Translations under genes and position numbers: made by a program | Shown: one piece after another, positions 59,952-64,000 of the stretch | Layout of the letters: each line of letters opens with the position of its first letter | Position numbering within the stretch: position 1 is the first letter of the stretch | The notes under the pieces: generated by a model | The model's database searches: none | Told to the model about the DNA's origin: nothing | The model's input: the letters and a program-made list of their open reading frames with translations, nothing else | Source: an uncultured Actinomycetes bacterium | GTDB taxonomy: Bacteria; Actinomycetota; Acidimicrobiia; IMCC26256; PALSA-610 | Length of the DNA: 64,000 nucleotides | Assembly: GCA_963781425.1 (NCBI GenBank) | Contig: CAWAGX010000011.1 | Location: 10,476 to 74,475, forward strand | Direction: 5' to 3'

Positions 59952-60729
59952 TCAGCAGCCGTCGTCGAGCGCCTGCCGTAAGGAGGCGACGAACGTGGCC
60001 GCCTCTTCCGGTCCGCCGCCGTCGAGCAGCCGGCGCACGAGCGCGCTCCCGACGATCACGCCGTCCGCGCTGGCCGCGGCCTCGGCGGCCTGTTCGGGTG
60101 TCGATATGCCGACGCCGAGGAGCACCGGCTTGTCGGTCACGGCCTTGCACCTCCGCCCCATGTTGCCGGCGTGCGCGGCCAAGTTGTTCCCGCTCGCCGG
60201 TCACGCCCATCAGCGACACGCCGTAGACGAAGCCGCGCGATCGCTCGCAGATCGCCGCCAGGCGATCGTCGGGCGTCGTCGGCGCGGCGAGGAGCACCGT
60301 CTCCACTTCGGCCGCCTCGGCCGCTTCGCCCCAACCATCGAGCTCGTCGAGCGGAAGGTCGGGCACGATCGCGCCGTCGACGCCCGCGGCGCGCAAGCTC
60401 TGCGCACAACGTTCGTGGCCGAGCCGGTAGACGAGGTTGTAGTACGTCATCACGACGGTGGGAGCCGCGACGTCGAGTCCGGCCATCGCATTGATGACGC
60501 CGGCGGGTGTCGCGCCGAGGTCGAGCGCGCGCTGGCTCGCTTCCTGGATCGTCCGGCCGTCCATGATCGGGTCCGAGAACGGGATCCCGACCTCGACGGC
60601 ATCGGCGCCGGCGTCGACGACCGCGCGCACGACGTCGCACCACTCGCGTCCGAGGCCGCCGGTGACATATGGGACGAGCAACTTCCGGCCCTCGGCGCGC
60701 CGGGCGCGCAGGTGCGACTCGAGCTTCAT
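59952..60729 (-). CDS. trpA: Tryptophan synthase alpha chain, one frame break near 60170
   Basis: [38 protein letters not shown] and [13 protein letters not shown]. The tail [14 protein letters not shown]...SALV is in ORF 59952-60182. Confidence 0.8.
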
Positions 60730-61964
60730 GACGAGAGCTCGCCCAGACGCTCGGCGACCTGCTCGGCGTCCTTGTCACCCCGGCCCGACAAGGTCACGAG
60801 CACGGTCGCGCCCCGCGGGATGGCCCGACCTGCTTCGCGAATGAGCCACCCGATCGCGTGCGCGGGCTCCAGCGCGGGCACGATGCCTTCGGTCGCGGAC
60901 AGCAGCTGGAACCCGGCGAGCGCTTCCTCGTCGGACGCGGAGTGGTACTCGGCGCGGCCCTGGGCTGCGAGCATCGCGTGCTCGGGTCCGACGCCGGGAT
61001 AGTCGAGTCCGGCACTGATCGACGTGGCTTCGAGCACCTGGCCGTGCTCGTCCTGCAAGAACAGCGAGCGCATGCCGTGCACGACACCCGGGACGCCGCG
61101 CTCCACTGCGGCGCCGTGGTGCCCCGACTCGAGCCCGAGGCCGCCTGCTTCCACGCCGACGAGACGCGCGCCGGTGTCGATGAAGCCGGCGAAGGTCCCG
61201 ATCGCGTTGGAGCCGCCACCGACACAGGCAACGACGACGTCGGGGTCGGCGTCGTCCAGGATCACGCGACATTGCCGGCGTGCCTCGTCGCCCACGACCC
61301 GTTGGAACTCGCGCACCATCCAGGGAAACGGATGCGGTCCCATCGCGGAGCCGAGGCAGTAGTGCGTGTCCTCGACGCTGGCGACCCACGCGCGCATCGC
61401 CTCGTTGACCGCGTCCTTGAGCGTCGCGCTCCCGGACAGCACGGTCACGACGTCGGCACCCAGCAGCTTCATCCGCCACACGTTGAGCGCCTGACGTTCG
61501 ACGTCGACCGCCCCCATGTACACGGTGCAACCGAGCCCGAACAGGGCGGCCGCGGTGGCGGTGGCGACACCGTGTTGGCCGGCGCCGGTCTCCGCGATCA
61601 CCCGGTGCTTGCCCATGCGCCGGGTCAGCAGCGCTTGGCCCAAGACGTTGTTGATCTTGTGCGAACCGGTATGGGTGAGGTCCTCACGCTTGAGCAGCAC
61701 GCGGACGCCCAGGCGGTCCGAGAGCCGGTGACATTCGGTGACCGGCGTCGGGCGGCCGGCGTAGCTCCCCAGCAGCGACGAATACTCGGCGCGGAATGCG
61801 TCGTCGTGCCAAGCCCCGCGGAACTCGCGTTCGAGCTGCTCGAGCGCCGGCACGAGCGTCTCGGGCGCGAAACGACCCCCGAAGTCCCCGAAGCGGCCGA
61901 GACCGACCGGCTCGGGGCCGGGCGGTTCGAGTTGGACGGGCGCGCCTCGCTCGACAGCTGCCAT
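60726..61964 (-). CDS. trpB: Tryptophan synthase beta chain (TrpB1 type)
   Basis: Intact. [51 protein letters not shown] and the ATGA-type overlap with trpA. The start is taken at M33 of ORF 60726-62060. Confidence 0.9.
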   Translation of the reverse strand: MAAVERGAPVQLEPPGPEPVGLGRFGDFGGRFAPETLVPALEQLEREFRGAWHDDAFRAEYSSLLGSYAGRPTPVTECHRLSDRLGVRVLLKREDLTHTGSHKINNVLGQALLTRRMGKHRVIAETGAGQHGVATATAAALFGLGCTVYMGAVDVERQALNVWRMKLLGADVVTVLSGSATLKDAVNEAMRAWVASVEDTHYCLGSAMGPHPFPWMVREFQRVVGDEARRQCRVILDDADPDVVVACVGGGSNAIGTFAGFIDTGARLVGVEAGGLGLESGHHGAAVERGVPGVVHGMRSLFLQDEHGQVLEATSISAGLDYPGVGPEHAMLAAQGRAEYHSASDEEALAGFQLLSATEGIVPALEPAHAIGWLIREAGRAIPRGATVLVTLSGRGDKDAEQVAERLGELSS

Positions 61965-61983
61965 CCCGAGATCATATGGGCGA

Positions 61984-62012
61984 GTGTGGAGCTCGATTTT
62001 CGAGTTCCACAC
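61984..62012. other. Intercistronic hairpin between trpF and trpB (13-bp stem with one mismatch, 3-nt loop)
   Basis: GTGTGGAGCTCGA-TTT-TCGAGTTCCACAC lies about 20 nt upstream of the trpB start on the transcribed (minus) strand. No U-tract follows. Confidence 0.5.
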
Positions 62013-62060
62013 ACGCCCGCACGGCACCGCACGTCCGCATGCCGAACAACACGCCCACAA

Positions 62061-62750
62061 CTATTCGTCGAGCTGCCAGTCCCATGGTCTGGTGACGCCG
62101 GCGACTTCGTCGGGCTGCGTCAGATCGATCGGCCGGTCGGCGACCGCTTCACCGGCCGCACGCGCCGCGATCACGAACTCGCGCAGCTTCTGCGCGTCCT
62201 TGCGACCCGGCTTCTCCTCCACCCCGCTCGAGACGTCGACACCCCACGGTCGCACGAGCCGGATCGCCTCACCGACGTTGGCAGGTGTGAGCCCGCCCGC
62301 AAGTAGCAAGCGGATGCCACTCGGCGCGCCTTCCGCCAGGCGCCAGTCGAAGACCTTGCCCGAACCCGGGTCGGGCGAGTCGACGAGGATGACGTCGGCC
62401 GCGCTCTTGCCGGCATCCGCGAGCGCGGGGTCGCCGGCGGCGAACGCCTGGATCACGAACTGCACACGTTCACGAATCCACGCGACCTCGGACGCGGGTT
62501 CGGCGCCGTGCAGCTGCACACCGTGCAAGCCGGTGCGGCCGACGATCTCCACGATCCGCTCGGGCCGCTCGTTGCGGAACACGCCCACGGTGTGCACCTC
62601 GCGTGGGAGTCGCTTGGCGATGTCGCGGACGGTCTCCGGGTGCACCTGACGCCCGCTCGGCGCGAACACGAACCCGAGCGCGTCCGCGTCGAGCGCGGTC
62701 GCGAGCAGCGCGTCGTCTTCGTTCGTGATCCCGCAGATCTTCACGAACAT
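62061..62750 (-). CDS. trpF: Phosphoribosylanthranilate isomerase
   Basis: Intact. MFVKICGIT, ADALGFVFAPS.RQV, GVQLHG, DSPDPGSGKVFDW, LAGGLTPANV and GVDVSSGVE. Confidence 0.85.
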   Translation of the reverse strand: MFVKICGITNEDDALLATALDADALGFVFAPSGRQVHPETVRDIAKRLPREVHTVGVFRNERPERIVEIVGRTGLHGVQLHGAEPASEVAWIRERVQFVIQAFAAGDPALADAGKSAADVILVDSPDPGSGKVFDWRLAEGAPSGIRLLLAGGLTPANVGEAIRLVRPWGVDVSSGVEEKPGRKDAQKLREFVIAARAAGEAVADRPIDLTQPDEVAGVTRPWDWQLDE

Positions 62751-62768
62751 GGTGAGCCCGCTTCCGCC

Positions 62769-64000
62769 TCAGGCATCGATGAGTCGGCCGTGATTGAAGT
62801 CGTCGTAGGCCTGGAGATCGAGGAAGCCGTGGCCGGAGTAGTTGAACAGGATCACCCGCGCCTCGCCGGCTTCCTTCGCGGCCAAGGCGTCGTCGATCAC
62901 TGCCCGGATCGCGTGCCCCGTCTCGGGCGCGGGGATCTTTCCTTCGGCGCGCGCGAACTGCACCGCCGCCTCGAACGTCTTGCCCTGCGGATACGCCACC
63001 GCCTCCATGCGCCCGTGCTTCACCAGCGACGAGATGATCGGCGCGTCGCCGTGATAGCGCAGGCCACCGGCATGAATCGACGGCGGCACGAACTCATGCC
63101 CGAGCGTGAACATCGGGAGGAGCGGCGTCATCCCGGCCGTGTCCCCGAAGTCGTACTCGAACGCGCCCTTGGTGAGCGTCGGGCACGAAGACGGCTCGAC
63201 CGCGACGAGTCGCACGTTGCGATCGGTCATGAACGGCAACGCGATGCCGCCGTAGTTCGAGCCACCGCCGACGCAGCCGATGACGACGTCCGGGTGGTCC
63301 TCGCCCGCGACGCGCGAGCTGCTCCTTGGCTTCGATGCCGATCACCGTCTGATGCAACAACACGTGGTTGAGCACCGAGCCCAGCGAGTAGTGCGAGTCC
63401 TCGCGCGTCGCCGCGTCGCGGACCGCGTCGCTGATCGCGGCGCCCAATGACCCGGGGTGGTCGGGTTGGTCGACCGGTGACGGCACGACCTCGGCACCCC
63501 ACGTCTCCATGAGGACCCGACGGTACGGCTTCTGCCGGTACGAGGCGCGCACCATGTACACCTTGCAGTCGAGGTCGAACTGCGCACACGCGAATGCGAG
63601 CGCGCTCCCCCACTGTCCGGCGCCCGTCTCGGTTGCGAGTCGCCGCGTGCCGTCCTGCTGGTTGTAGTACGCCTGCGCGACGGCGGTGTTCGGCTTGTGC
63701 GAGCCGGCCGGGGACACCGACTCGTCCTTGAAGTAGATGCGTGCGGGAGTGCCGAGGGCTTCCTCGAGCCGGCGGGCGCGCACCAACGGAGTCGGCCGCC
63801 ACAGGCGCAGGATGTCGATCACTGCGCCCGGGATGTCGACGGTCGGCGCCTGCGTCATCTCCTGTTCGATCAGCGCCATCGGGAACAGGGGCGCGAGGTC
63901 GTCGGGATCGACGGGTTGGTTCGTCGCGGGGTGCAGCGGCGGCTGCAGCGGCTCCGGCATGTCGGGCAGCGCGTTGTACCACGCGGAGGGAATGCGGTCC
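62769..64000 (-). CDS. TrpB2-type tryptophan synthase beta-like PLP enzyme, 5-prime end outside window, one frame break near 63300
   Basis: [38 protein letters not shown], then [12 protein letters not shown]-like region and [27 protein letters not shown]. This is the TrpB2 pattern, distinct from the TrpB1 copy at 60726-61964. Confidence 0.75.

Overview
This is a 64-kb, visibly very GC-rich chromosome segment of Actinomycetota type. Supporting signs are an LPXTG sortase signal, kdpFABC-DE, a FAS-II operon with an InhA-like FabI, and many GTG/TTG starts with 4-nt stop/start overlaps. Most of the window is housekeeping: FAS-II fabD-fabH-fabG-acpP-fabF-accD-fabI (30.5-37.3 kb); kdpF-A-B-C-D-E (38.1-46.0 kb); rmlA-C-B-D (54.1-57.6 kb); icd plus trpB2-trpF-trpB-trpA (58.7-64.0 kb); and one tRNA-Leu(CAA). 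Between these lie less ordinary modules. (1) An FHA-cyclase gene is followed after 26 nt by a ~5.2-kb SARP / Ser-Thr kinase / STAND NTPase / TM / WD40 reading unit (12.8-19.0 kb). This is my best candidate for an undescribed signalling or conflict system. (2) A translationally coupled STAS, MerR-receiver fusion and double-domain KaiC-like ATPase operon sits next to hemerythrin and CsbD/coiled-coil stress genes (22.9-27.4 kb). (3) There are two secreted repeat proteins: a ~13-unit Cys-containing WNGTxWS repeat protein, and a DUF1501 protein with a GYWLV..DGGIF.FGDA repeat tail. (4) A 39-41-bp perfect palindrome occurs twice, 1,024 bp apart, bracketing a decayed AbiEi/DUF559 gene. Reading frames are broken by single-base indels in many genes, extremely densely across the fab operon, which includes essential genes. 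I read this mainly as consensus error, so most broken genes are listed as CDS flagged as frame-disrupted. All family calls come from motif recognition by eye; no searches were run.
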